DNA of 64,000 bases from Bacilli bacterium. GTDB lineage: Bacteria; Bacillota_I; Bacilli_A; RF39; UBA660. The stretch spans positions 11,708 through 75,707 of the forward strand of contig JBJKSD010000019.1 in the NCBI GenBank assembly GCA_046704245.1. Reading direction: 5' to 3'. The translations under genes and the position numbers were made by a program. Under the pieces are notes generated by a model that saw only the letters and a list, made by a program, of their open reading frames with translations, was not told where the DNA came from and made no database searches. Below, one piece after another: positions 46,301-55,779 of this stretch (positions are counted from its first letter, which is position 1; the number at the start of each line of letters is the position of its first letter).

Positions 46301-47194
46301 ATGGAATTAATACTCCTTTTAGTACTAACTTTATTTATTATTTTATATAGGAGTAATCCGGGTGAATCAGTCTATAAATATATTACTCATCAAGCAGATG
46401 TGGTATATGAAAAATATGCTCCATATTCTTTTAAGATAGTTAGAAATAAAGTAAAAGAATTAGGGTTAGACTATACACCTAAACAATATGCTGCTCAATT
46501 ATTATTATTTGCAGTAGGAGCAGCTGTTATATCATATCTATATTTCTATAATATTATTATAGCTATTATCTATGCTTTAGTAGCGGTAGCTATTATTCCA
46601 TATTTAGCATATTTACGATATAAACGTATTTATAGTGAGTTTATATTTGAACAAATACAAGTTTATACTACTAATACTATTATGGAATTTATGACTACTC
46701 AATCATTTGTTAAAGCTTTAGAAGGGGTATATGCATCTGGGGTTTTAGAGGAACCTCTTTTATCGGATGTTAAGATGATGATTGATCTATCATATCGTGA
46801 AGGTGATATAACTAACGCAATAAACTATATGAACGATAAATATCGTTTCTATATAACAAAGAATATGCATCAATTATTTTTACAGATTACTAAAGAAGGT
46901 GCTTTAGAAACCGATGAGGTTTTAGAAAATATGTTATTAGATATCGATATGTTAGTAGAAAGTGTCTATCGTGATAGAATGGATAGAAGTACTTTTCATA
47001 AATCATTTTTACAATATGGGTTAATGTTATATTTAATGATTATGTTAGTTCAGTATTTAGTTGGTATTGATACATATTTAATATTAATTGATGAATTTTT
47101 AGTTCAGGTTATGTTACATGCTGTTGTATTGTTAAATAGTTATTTCCTATTAAGTGGTGAAAAATATTATAATGAGAATGTAGGTGCTGAATAA
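46301..47194 (+). CDS. TadB-like polytopic membrane platform protein
   Basis: 297-aa multi-TM protein immediately after the CpaF-like ATPase. Assigned by position and topology only. Confidence 0.4.
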   Translation: MELILLLVLTLFIILYRSNPGESVYKYITHQADVVYEKYAPYSFKIVRNKVKELGLDYTPKQYAAQLLLFAVGAAVISYLYFYNIIIAIIYALVAVAIIPYLAYLRYKRIYSEFIFEQIQVYTTNTIMEFMTTQSFVKALEGVYASGVLEEPLLSDVKMMIDLSYREGDITNAINYMNDKYRFYITKNMHQLFLQITKEGALETDEVLENMLLDIDMLVESVYRDRMDRSTFHKSFLQYGLMLYLMIMLVQYLVGIDTYLILIDEFLVQVMLHAVVLLNSYFLLSGEKYYNENVGAE

Positions 47195-47976
47195 TGGAAG
47201 CGATATTAATAGGTTTAATTTTAATAATGATCTTAGAATATGATCGAAAAATAAGCACTAATAAATTTCTTAAAGATAATGAAAATTATTTTAAGGCATT
47301 GATGGAAAAAGATTATGAGTTTTATGCTAGAGCAAAATATGGTGATAATTTAGATATTGAAAAATTATTTGTAGCGCGCATTAGAAATGCTTTAGTAGTT
47401 TTTGTAGCCATTATATTTCTGTTTTTAAATCAATTAAGTTTCTTAAATATGGTAGCGGCAATAGTTGTAGCATATTTAATATTTAAGATGCAATATTCTA
47501 GTTTGCGTAATTACTATCGTAAACATCTGCATGAGATTGATTCAATGTTGCCATACTATTTAAAGAGTATCGAAATATTAATCCAGCACTATACAGTACC
47601 AATGGCCATCATGAAATCAATTGATGATGCCCCAGATATTTTTAAACCTGGATTAAGAAATGTTATTGCTAAAATTAGTGCTGGAGACTCAAGTATCGAA
47701 CCATATATGGAGTTTGCTAAGGAATATCCAGTTCGTGATTCAATGAGAATGATGAGATTGTTATATCGATTAAGTCTTGGGGCACAAGAGCATAAACAAG
47801 ATCAATTAATTATGTTTGCTAGGACGGTATCATCTTTACAATCTAAATCTCGTGATCTTAGATATAAAGATAGACTTGCAAATATGGAAAGAAGGACTTT
47901 AGTTATGTTGATAGTAACAGGTGGTGGAACAATGGCTATTCTTTTACTGTCAATGTTGTTAGTTTTTAGGTATTAA
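47194..47976 (+). CDS. TadC-like polytopic membrane platform protein
   Basis: 260-aa multi-TM protein with an ATGA overlap with the previous gene. Assigned by position only. Confidence 0.4.
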   Translation: MEAILIGLILIMILEYDRKISTNKFLKDNENYFKALMEKDYEFYARAKYGDNLDIEKLFVARIRNALVVFVAIIFLFLNQLSFLNMVAAIVVAYLIFKMQYSSLRNYYRKHLHEIDSMLPYYLKSIEILIQHYTVPMAIMKSIDDAPDIFKPGLRNVIAKISAGDSSIEPYMEFAKEYPVRDSMRMMRLLYRLSLGAQEHKQDQLIMFARTVSSLQSKSRDLRYKDRLANMERRTLVMLIVTGGGTMAILLLSMLLVFRY

Positions 47977-48039
47977 TATTGTATAGATAAATTAAATGAT
48001 ATATAATAGAAGTATAATCATAATAAAGGAGGCAATTAC

Positions 48040-48219
48040 ATGAAAGAGGCAACAGGGGAATTAAATATGACAGTTATTACCATAGTTGCGGTTGGAGTAA
48101 TTCTTGGTCTTTTTATACCTTGGTTAAAAAATACTGTTTTCCCAGGAATTCAAGAAAAATGGGATCAATATAAGGAAACAACTTATATTGAACATGTTGA
48201 TTATGTAGATTTTATCTAA
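48040..48219 (+). CDS. small pilin-like protein (59 aa), absent from the ORF track because it is under 60 aa
   Basis: Strong SD (AAGGAGG). The N-terminus MKEATGELNMTVITIVAVGVILGLF is a short charged leader plus hydrophobic helix, and it shares M(K/R)EATGG with the next ORF. Confidence 0.35.
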   Translation: MKEATGELNMTVITIVAVGVILGLFIPWLKNTVFPGIQEKWDQYKETTYIEHVDYVDFI

Positions 48220-48236
48220 TATAAGGTGGTTAGAAT

Positions 48237-48596
48237 ATGAGAGAAGCCACAGGTGGAGCATTACTTATCAAGATAGTGCTTATCTTTATAGCTATCTATA
48301 TATCTTTTTTAGCTGTGTCTATTAATTATTCACAAGCTTTTAAGGTTAAAAATAAATTAATAACAATAGTAGAAGTTAATGAAGGATGGGCGCCGGGTAG
48401 TACTGCTGATAATGAAATAAAAACATATTTAAGACAAGTGGGATACACTCAATCTTATACCGTTTTAAAGGTCCCTACTGATAGGGGGCCTTATTATAAA
48501 GTGACTACTTATATAGCTTTTAATTTCCCGGTTACTGGAACTAGGTTTACTTTTCCTATTACTGGTGAAACTAAGATTATGTACAATAAATTTTAG
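48237..48596 (+). CDS. pilin-like/TadE-like protein (119 aa)
   Basis: The N-terminus MREATGGALLIKIVLIFIAIYISFLAV is a hydrophobic helix followed by a beta-rich domain. SD AAGGTGG. Confidence 0.35.
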   Translation: MREATGGALLIKIVLIFIAIYISFLAVSINYSQAFKVKNKLITIVEVNEGWAPGSTADNEIKTYLRQVGYTQSYTVLKVPTDRGPYYKVTTYIAFNFPVTGTRFTFPITGETKIMYNKF

Positions 48597-48613
48597 AAAG
48601 ACTTGGTGGTTAT

Positions 48614-49597
48614 ATGAATGTAATTATTGCCAATAAATTTCAACCAATGTTAGCTACTTTAGAGATTGATGTTATTAAATCGATGAATGGTGAGTTCGAA
48701 GTTGATGAGATTATTAAAACCTTTGAACATTTCTTTTTTAATCGAATGATACTTGATATTACGGCCATAAAAAACTATAAGAATATTAGTAATATTCAAA
48801 AATTATCAGTAGCATTGGATATGAATAAAGTGATTTTATTATTAGATGATGATGAAGAGAGCTCATCTCCTTCATATCTATCTAAATTAATATCGCTAGG
48901 TATTTATAACTTTACAAAAAATAAAGAAGGGATTATGTATCTATATAATAATCCTAATTCGTATAAAGATGTAGCCCATATTCACCAATTAGGTGAAATA
49001 ACCGAAACACCAGTTGATAAAGTAGTCGGTGGCAAAGTTCGAATATTGGGAATTAAAAATGTTACTGATCATGCTGGAGCTACTACTTTAGTATATATGT
49101 TGAGGAATCAATTGGCTAAGAATTATTCAGTAGTAGCAGCGGAAGTCGATAAAAATGATTTTGCTTATTTCAATGATAAGGCATTATTAAGTTTATCAAG
49201 TAAAGATTTAGCGGCACAGATTATGGGTATTAAGAATGTCAATATAATATTATTAGATTTAGATAATTATGAGCATGAAGAAATATGTAATGAGATAATT
49301 TATTTAATAGAACCTTCAACTCTTAAATTAAATAAGTTAATGAAAAGAGATCGAAGGATATTTGATAAACTTAGAGGTCAGAAAGTTATTCTTAATAAGA
49401 GTTTACTTAGCTCTAAGGATGTAGCTGATTTTGAATTTGAAGCTAAAATTAAGATCTTTGCTAATATACCACCATTAGATGAACGAAAGAAAGATAACCC
49501 AATTTTAGATGTGCTATTGACTAAATTAGGGTTTGTTAGACAAAAAATAAATGAAAAAGATGTAAATAATAAACTTTTTGGTTTATTTAAAATATAA
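48614..49597 (+). CDS. hypothetical cytoplasmic protein, possibly a degenerate CpaE/ParA-like pilus assembly ATPase
   Basis: The N-terminal pseudo-receiver-like region and a degenerate P-loop-like RILGIKNVTDHAGATT are weak evidence. Confidence 0.3.
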   Translation: MNVIIANKFQPMLATLEIDVIKSMNGEFEVDEIIKTFEHFFFNRMILDITAIKNYKNISNIQKLSVALDMNKVILLLDDDEESSSPSYLSKLISLGIYNFTKNKEGIMYLYNNPNSYKDVAHIHQLGEITETPVDKVVGGKVRILGIKNVTDHAGATTLVYMLRNQLAKNYSVVAAEVDKNDFAYFNDKALLSLSSKDLAAQIMGIKNVNIILLDLDNYEHEEICNEIIYLIEPSTLKLNKLMKRDRRIFDKLRGQKVILNKSLLSSKDVADFEFEAKIKIFANIPPLDERKKDNPILDVLLTKLGFVRQKINEKDVNNKLFGLFKI

Positions 49598-49663
49598 GTT
49601 GTGGTATAATCAAATCAAATGGAAGTATATTCCATGGGTTGAAATTTGAAAGGGAGGATATAT

Positions 49664-49999
49664 ATGTATTTTTTAGCAGCACTTGAACAATGTCCAACAG
49701 AGCTACAAGGAATATTTTCTTTTGTTAACAACCTAATAACCTTAATCAAAATTGCTGTACCTATACTATTAATAGTACTTGGTAGTCTTGATTTAGGGAA
49801 GGCCGTAGCAGCTGGGGACGATAAAGAAATTAAAGCAGCGCAAGGCATGTTAATAAAAAGAGCAGTAGCAGCTATTATGGTGTTCTTTATTAGTACTTTT
49901 GTTGCACTTATTATGCGATTATTAACTGATAACACTTGGAAAAACTGCCTTACTCTAAATGATTTTAATAATACCCCAATAGTTATGGTTGAAAAATAA
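49664..49999 (+). CDS. TrbC/VirB2-like pilin-type small membrane protein, copy 1
   Basis: Two hydrophobic helices flanking a conserved LDLGKAVAAGDDKEIK loop. The start is placed at ATG 49664 behind SD AGGGAGG; the track's TTG at 49646 is less likely. Confidence 0.45.
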   Translation: MYFLAALEQCPTELQGIFSFVNNLITLIKIAVPILLIVLGSLDLGKAVAAGDDKEIKAAQGMLIKRAVAAIMVFFISTFVALIMRLLTDNTWKNCLTLNDFNNTPIVMVEK

Positions 50000-50010
50000 T
50001 TAAATTAATA

Positions 50011-50048
50011 ATAAAGCCAAAGTAATTAAACTTTGGCTTTTTTATTTT
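50011..50048 (+). terminator. Rho-independent terminator (AAAGCCAAAGTAATTAAACTTTGGCTTT plus T-run)
   Basis: Inverted repeat and T-run between the two VirB2-like genes. Confidence 0.6.
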
Positions 50049-50162
50049 GAATAAAATATTATTTGAAAATATCGTTGTTTATCAATAGATAATATGTTAT
50101 AATTTATTATGTAAAATTGTATTTAATAATAGATATTAAGGATTAAGGAAGGTGCAACGATT

Positions 50163-50621
50163 ATGATAAAAAAACTATTAAGTTTTACTGTTTTAGTATC
50201 ATTATTTTTTACTATAAATACTAATGTTTATGCTATGAGCGATCAAAATCAGATGCCAAGTAATTATATATCTTATAAAATAGCAGCAGAGAAAATCGAA
50301 AATGATTCTAGTACTCTACCTGATGATAGTATCTATTCAGAAGAGTGTAAAGGTATATTATCACAAGAGTTATTAGATTATATTAATAAACTTTTTAATT
50401 ATATAAAAGTATTAATACCTATTTATTTACTACTTTTAGGAATGTTAGATTTAGGTAAGGCCGTAACAGCAGGGAACCCCGAAGCTGTTAAAAAAGCATA
50501 CTCTTATTTAATTAAAAGAGCACTTGCTGCAATAGCTATATTTTTTACTCCTACCGTATTAAATATTGTTTTAAAAGCGGCGGGGTTGGTTGAAGGAACT
50601 TGTGGTATTGGAATGAAATAA
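50163..50621 (+). CDS. TrbC/VirB2-like small membrane protein, copy 2
   Basis: Signal peptide plus IPIYLLLLGMLDLGKAVTAGNPEAVKKAYSYLIKRALAAIAIFF, paralogous to 49664..49999. Confidence 0.45.
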   Translation: MIKKLLSFTVLVSLFFTINTNVYAMSDQNQMPSNYISYKIAAEKIENDSSTLPDDSIYSEECKGILSQELLDYINKLFNYIKVLIPIYLLLLGMLDLGKAVTAGNPEAVKKAYSYLIKRALAAIAIFFTPTVLNIVLKAAGLVEGTCGIGMK

Positions 50622-50651
50622 AATCCATATTTTATGTGAGGGGATTACTTT

Positions 50652-53087
50652 ATGAGAGACTTTACAACTTTTATTAGATCTTTAATTTTTACAATAGATA
50701 GATTAGTTTTTGAATGGGTTGGATATATCTATAATTTTTTGCTTGATTTAGCAAAACAAAAAATATTCACTGCTGAGGATTTCCAACATTTTGCTGATCG
50801 TATATATGTCATAATTGGTATAATAATATTATTTAAAGTAGTATTTACTTTAATTCAAATAATGTCTAATCCTGAGAATTCTTTTATCGCAAAAGAAGGA
50901 GGAACTGCTCAACTTTTAATACCAAGATTATCTATTACTTTAATATTATTAATTTTAACACCAACCATTTTTAGAGAATTATATACTTTTCAAAGTATAG
51001 TCTTAAATCAAAATGTTATTCCTAGAATTTTAGATATGGTTTCAGGCACTTCAAAGGATAAACAAATAAATATTGCTAGTGAAAGGTGTGTATTATCGTT
51101 TGAAGCGCCTAATCCACAATTTAAGCATGCCTGTTCTGCTGATGATAGGTCAGAAGATGATTCTTTTATATGTGATGCCTATAAAGATAGTGTTCCATTT
51201 AGGGGGACAGCATCTAAATATATTGAAAATACTAAGGATGGAATTGAAGTTTTTCAAACCGGCTTATCTTCAGCGGCTCATTTTGTTGTAGATTTAAGTA
51301 CAAATAAAACATATTTCTTTAGTGCCTATACCTCGCTTCAAGATTATTCAGTTAGTTTGGAAAATAATGCTGACTATAAGGACAATATATTGTCAGTGGT
51401 AATTAACAATCCGTTATTAGATGTTGGTGGTGGCAAAAAATGTAGAGAATATGCAGTAGTAAGTATTGGTGATGATGCTCAAGTATTCAATTCTAATACA
51501 CCTAATTATTATTACGTTATAAATTTTACTGATAATAAACCCAACCTTGATACATTAGCAAATAATACCGCCATTCTAAAAAGGACTGAGAGTTATACTA
51601 CAGTTTCAGATTCATATATAGTGACAAGTGGAAAAGAATTTTCAAGTGGTCTTTTGTTTTCATTTGCTCAACCCTCACAATATATTGGCGATAAACTTCA
51701 GGATTATAAAAATGCCGAAGATTCTGCTAATTTTTATGCTTTAGGTAATTTAATTACTATGAAGTCAAATGATAATTATATTATTACATATTCATTTATT
51801 ATCAGTACTGCTTTTGGAATAATTGTTCTATTATTATTAATAACTTCCTGTTTTGATATTGCTGTACGTTCGGTAGCATTGGGTTTTTATCAAATTATTG
51901 CTCCAATCCCAATAGCATCATATATACAAAGTGGTCAAGGCAAAGAAACGATGTTTAATAAATATATAACAGCTGTCTCTTTAATATATATCGATATTTT
52001 TACTAGAGTATTAGCTATTTCATTTATGGCATATCTGATAGAAAAAGTTCTTTCTAATGTTGCTTATAATCCATTACAGGATAATACTGGTGCATTCAAT
52101 TGGCTATTAAAATTATTTATGATTCTTGGAATCTTATTATTTGCGAAAGAGGTACCAGATATAATATCAGGTTTATTTGGTAAGGCGGGGTCATCTAAGA
52201 CATTTGAATTAAACCCATTGAAGAATTTAGCACAATTACCAGGAGCTGATTTTGCTGGAGCACTATTAGGGGGAGGTGCAGTAGGAGCCGCTAGTGGCCT
52301 TGTTGGTGGTGCTATTGCAGCAGGAAGAGGCATGTTTAAAAATGCCGGTACTAGAGGAATGGATCCTTTTGGGAAAGGAATATTTACTGCAGGTGCTGGT
52401 ATAGGAGGAGCACTTGGGGGTGCAGTTTCGGGTTTTGGCAAAGGCTTTGGTACTACTCAATATGGTCAGAGATTAAAGGAAAATGCTAAGAAAAGCCCTA
52501 TACATACCGGAATTAATGCTGCAAAAAGTGGATATGAAGCAGGAAAGAGTTTACCTAATAGAATATTTAAAAATTCTGACAACCAATCAATGAATGATAG
52601 AGTTGAATCTTATATTAAACCAACCTTAGAAGAAACTGCTACTCAGTTTAAGAATACTGGTCAGGCAGTGAAAGCAAAACAAGATGTTATAGTTGAACTT
52701 GAGTCAAAAATAAAAGAGATGAATACTGATTTAAGAAATATTGATAATGCAATTGCTCAATCTTTAAAATCTAGTGGAAGTTTAAAAGCAAATCGTGATG
52801 TGTTGGTTCAACAATATAATAATCTTAGTGTACAACCGCGCACTTCTGATATTGTGCAACAGATAGATCAAGTAAATACTCAAATTAGAATAGTTGATCA
52901 TGATATTCAAGAAATAGATAGCAGAAAAACAGATTATATTAATAAATCTAAAGAAATGTCTACCGCAAAACAAGAGGCAGAAGCAAGAATAACAAAAGAA
53001 AAGAAGGAACTTGCATCAATGGAAGAAACATTAAAACTACAAGAGCAGGCTTATAAAAAACAAAGTGAAAAAGATAAACAAGGATAA
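50652..53087 (+). CDS. VirB6/TrbL-like (TcpH/PrgH-type) polytopic T4SS channel protein with a Gly-rich segment and a C-terminal coiled coil
   Basis: 811 aa with multiple TM helices, a Gly-rich stretch (GGGAVGAASGLVGGAIAAGRG...GAGIGGALGGAVSGFGKGFG) and a K/E/Q-rich coiled-coil tail. Its size and position are typical of Gram-positive VirB6 analogues. Confidence 0.5.
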   Translation: MRDFTTFIRSLIFTIDRLVFEWVGYIYNFLLDLAKQKIFTAEDFQHFADRIYVIIGIIILFKVVFTLIQIMSNPENSFIAKEGGTAQLLIPRLSITLILLILTPTIFRELYTFQSIVLNQNVIPRILDMVSGTSKDKQINIASERCVLSFEAPNPQFKHACSADDRSEDDSFICDAYKDSVPFRGTASKYIENTKDGIEVFQTGLSSAAHFVVDLSTNKTYFFSAYTSLQDYSVSLENNADYKDNILSVVINNPLLDVGGGKKCREYAVVSIGDDAQVFNSNTPNYYYVINFTDNKPNLDTLANNTAILKRTESYTTVSDSYIVTSGKEFSSGLLFSFAQPSQYIGDKLQDYKNAEDSANFYALGNLITMKSNDNYIITYSFIISTAFGIIVLLLLITSCFDIAVRSVALGFYQIIAPIPIASYIQSGQGKETMFNKYITAVSLIYIDIFTRVLAISFMAYLIEKVLSNVAYNPLQDNTGAFNWLLKLFMILGILLFAKEVPDIISGLFGKAGSSKTFELNPLKNLAQLPGADFAGALLGGGAVGAASGLVGGAIAAGRGMFKNAGTRGMDPFGKGIFTAGAGIGGALGGAVSGFGKGFGTTQYGQRLKENAKKSPIHTGINAAKSGYEAGKSLPNRIFKNSDNQSMNDRVESYIKPTLEETATQFKNTGQAVKAKQDVIVELESKIKEMNTDLRNIDNAIAQSLKSSGSLKANRDVLVQQYNNLSVQPRTSDIVQQIDQVNTQIRIVDHDIQEIDSRKTDYINKSKEMSTAKQEAEARITKEKKELASMEETLKLQEQAYKKQSEKDKQG

Positions 53088-53115
53088 ATAATATAATAAA
53101 AAGGGTGTGATCTAG

Positions 53116-53436
53116 TTGAAAAATGACAGTTATTTAATACCTGCCAATTCAAAGAAAGGACTACTAATACTTAATATTTTTAGACCATTTGATTTAATAT
53201 TATTTGGTACTGGAGTATTTATTACTATGTTATTAATAATAGTAATATCTCCATCATCTTTAATAGCTACGATACTGGTATTATTACCAGGATTACTTAC
53301 TGGTCTTCTGGTAACACCAGTACCAAACTATCACAATGTATTAATAGTCTTATCAGAGGCGATTAAATATTATTCAGAAAGGCAAAATTATATATGGAAG
53401 GGGTGGCATTTCTATGAAGAATTCGAGCAAAAATAG
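53116..53436 (+). CDS. VirB3-like (TcpD/PrgI-type) small two-TM T4SS protein
   Basis: 106 aa with two adjacent TM helices, located directly upstream of VirB4. Confidence 0.45.
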   Translation: MKNDSYLIPANSKKGLLILNIFRPFDLILFGTGVFITMLLIIVISPSSLIATILVLLPGLLTGLLVTPVPNYHNVLIVLSEAIKYYSERQNYIWKGWHFYEEFEQK

Positions 53437-53968
53437 ATCTAAATATACAGAAGATTGGGTACCAGTAGAATCTATTGCTAATGGGATGATACAATTATCA
53501 AATAGGGAAATAGTTACTGGGGTTAAGATAGCACCTAGAAATATCTTTATCTTAGATGAAGATTCACAACAAAATGTCTTAATTAATTTAAAAAACTTTT
53601 ATAATATGTTAGATTTTGAGTTTTGGCTTATAGTAACTGATAGGCCAGTTGATGTAGCATTATATTTATCACAATTACAATTACTATATAATAATACACA
53701 AAATCCTACTATTAGAAAGATGATTAATGAAGATATTCAAAAAGCTAATATGTTTACCAATAATAATGTAGCAGATACTGAATACTACTTATTGTTTAAA
53801 GAAAAAAATATGGATATTATTCAAAAAAGGATTAGAATGTTAATAAATGGATTAGCAGCAGCTGGTTTAAATGCTTCACAAACTAATAATGATGACTTAA
53901 GAACAATAATAGATAGTTTCTTAAGTGGGGGTAAAACTACTGATTTTGGGACGGTGATGCCTTTATGA
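53414..53968 (+). CDS. VirB4-family N-terminal domain (separate ORF)
   Basis: DWVPVESIANGMIQLSNREIVTGVKIAPRNIFILDEDSQQNVLINLKNFYNML matches the conserved N-terminal region of Gram-positive VirB4/TraE/PrgJ proteins. It ends with a TGA that overlaps the ATG of the next ORF (ATGA). Confidence 0.55.
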   Translation: MKNSSKNRSKYTEDWVPVESIANGMIQLSNREIVTGVKIAPRNIFILDEDSQQNVLINLKNFYNMLDFEFWLIVTDRPVDVALYLSQLQLLYNNTQNPTIRKMINEDIQKANMFTNNNVADTEYYLLFKEKNMDIIQKRIRMLINGLAAAGLNASQTNNDDLRTIIDSFLSGGKTTDFGTVMPL

Positions 53969-55752
53969 ATCTAAAGTCACAATTAGCCCCTAAAGGCTTA
54001 AGTTTTTATCCAAGTGAATTTTTTATTAGTGATAAATATGCTACTATTTTATCTGTTATTTCATATCCAAAATTGATTGCTCCTGGCTATTTATCATCAT
54101 TAACTAATATGCCAGGGATTAAGGTGGTAATTAAACATATACCATTACCTTTTAGTTCAATTTCTAAAATGTTAAATAAACAAATAGCTGATTTAAAAGC
54201 TAGATATCAAAATGAAAAAGATAAGACTATTCAAGAAAGGATTCGTCAAGATGTCGAATCATTAGAATATTTTATTTCTATGCTTACTGCTAGTCAAGCT
54301 AGAATATTCGATTTTCAAATGCACATAATGATTACAGCTGATACTAAAGAAGATCTAGAAGTGAAGAAAGTCAACGTAAAGAATTATTTAGAAGCTATGG
54401 AACTAAAAGCCATATCTTTAAGATTTGAACAAGAGAAGGTATTAAAATCAATCTTACCAATATTCCCTAGACAAGATATTGAGGAAAGAATTGGAACTCC
54501 AATACCATCTGTTACTATGGCAGCTATGTATCCATTTATCTTTGATAGTGTTAAAGATGAAGGGTTATCAACTTTACTTGGAGTAGATTTCTCTGGAGGA
54601 GTAATTCTCTTTAACCAATTCTTATATCAAATTAAGAAAGAACATAATAGAAATAATGCTAACTTAATTATCTTGGGTACTAGTGGTAGTGGTAAATCAA
54701 CTACTGCAAAATTACTATTACGTTCACATATTAGAAATGGTCACCAAATAGTAGCAATTGATCCTGAAGGCGAATTTGGAGATATGGCTATTAATTATGG
54801 TGGAGATTTTATTGATTTAGGTAAGGGTGGAGAATTTGGTATGGTTAATCCACTAGAAATTACTCTAGATGCTGACGAAGAAGAACTAAAACAAGGTTTA
54901 GGTTATACAGTATTAACTAAAACTCTACAATTCTTAAAAGCTTTTATGAAATATTATGATCCTAGTATTACTGAAGATATTTTAACTTTATTTACTGAAG
55001 TAGTGCAAGATACATATAAGAGATATAATATTGGATTTGAAACTGATTTTTCTCGTTTAAAATCAACTGATTATCCAACTTTTAAAGATGTTTATGCAAC
55101 TATTAAAGGGCGCTTAATGAGTTATGGTGATACTAAATCCCATGAGCGTGAAATAATGGAAAGACTAGAATTAAAGATAAGACCCTTAACAAAAGAATTA
55201 AAATATTATTTTGATGGTCATACAACTATAACTCCTAAAAGTGATTTCATTGTATTTAATATTAGAGAATTAATGAATGCTGATCTAAATATTAGAAATG
55301 CTCTATTCTTTAACATCTTAAAGTATGCTTGGGGTTTGTGTTTGGACAAAGCTATTAATACAGCTTTGATGGTCGATGAAGCTCATGTCTTATTAAGTGA
55401 TAATAACTCGTTAGGAGCAGAATTTTTAGCGCAAGTACAACGCCGTGCTCGTAAATATAATACTGGTACTATTATTAGTACTCAACAACCTAGTGATTTT
55501 ACTGACCCAGCTGTTATTACTCAAGGTAAAGCTATTTTCGATAATGCAGCTTATTATATAATAATGGGGCTTAAGAAACAAGCGGTTGATGATCTTGCTA
55601 AATTAATAGATTTAAATGAGAGTGAAAAGGATAGTGTCAAGCGATATAGCCAAGGTGAAGCTTTATTTGTATGTGGTAGTAGACGTATGCGTATAAAAGT
55701 AATTGTTACTCCAGAAGAATTAGAATCATTCGGTACTGGCGGAGGTCTATAA
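53965..55752 (+). CDS. VirB4-family conjugal transfer ATPase (central and C-terminal ATPase part)
   Basis: Walker A LGTSGSGKSTTAKLL, Walker B ALMVDEAH, plus the conserved YPKLIAPGYLSSL region that follows the N-domain in VirB4 proteins. Confidence 0.75.
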   Translation: MNLKSQLAPKGLSFYPSEFFISDKYATILSVISYPKLIAPGYLSSLTNMPGIKVVIKHIPLPFSSISKMLNKQIADLKARYQNEKDKTIQERIRQDVESLEYFISMLTASQARIFDFQMHIMITADTKEDLEVKKVNVKNYLEAMELKAISLRFEQEKVLKSILPIFPRQDIEERIGTPIPSVTMAAMYPFIFDSVKDEGLSTLLGVDFSGGVILFNQFLYQIKKEHNRNNANLIILGTSGSGKSTTAKLLLRSHIRNGHQIVAIDPEGEFGDMAINYGGDFIDLGKGGEFGMVNPLEITLDADEEELKQGLGYTVLTKTLQFLKAFMKYYDPSITEDILTLFTEVVQDTYKRYNIGFETDFSRLKSTDYPTFKDVYATIKGRLMSYGDTKSHEREIMERLELKIRPLTKELKYYFDGHTTITPKSDFIVFNIRELMNADLNIRNALFFNILKYAWGLCLDKAINTALMVDEAHVLLSDNNSLGAEFLAQVQRRARKYNTGTIISTQQPSDFTDPAVITQGKAIFDNAAYYIIMGLKKQAVDDLAKLIDLNESEKDSVKRYSQGEALFVCGSRRMRIKVIVTPEELESFGTGGGL

Positions 55753-55779
55753 TTACTTGTAAATTAGGTGGGTGAGTAT

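Noticed and set aside
51073-51291. 72-aa alternative-frame ORF inside the VirB6-like gene
   Set aside because: It is a same-strand, out-of-frame overlap without its own translation signals.
52064-52460. Pro/Ala-rich 125-aa and 64-aa minus-strand ORFs inside the VirB6-like gene
   Set aside because: They are antisense to the Gly-rich coding segment (GGA/GGT/GCA codons read backwards), which is a compositional artefact.
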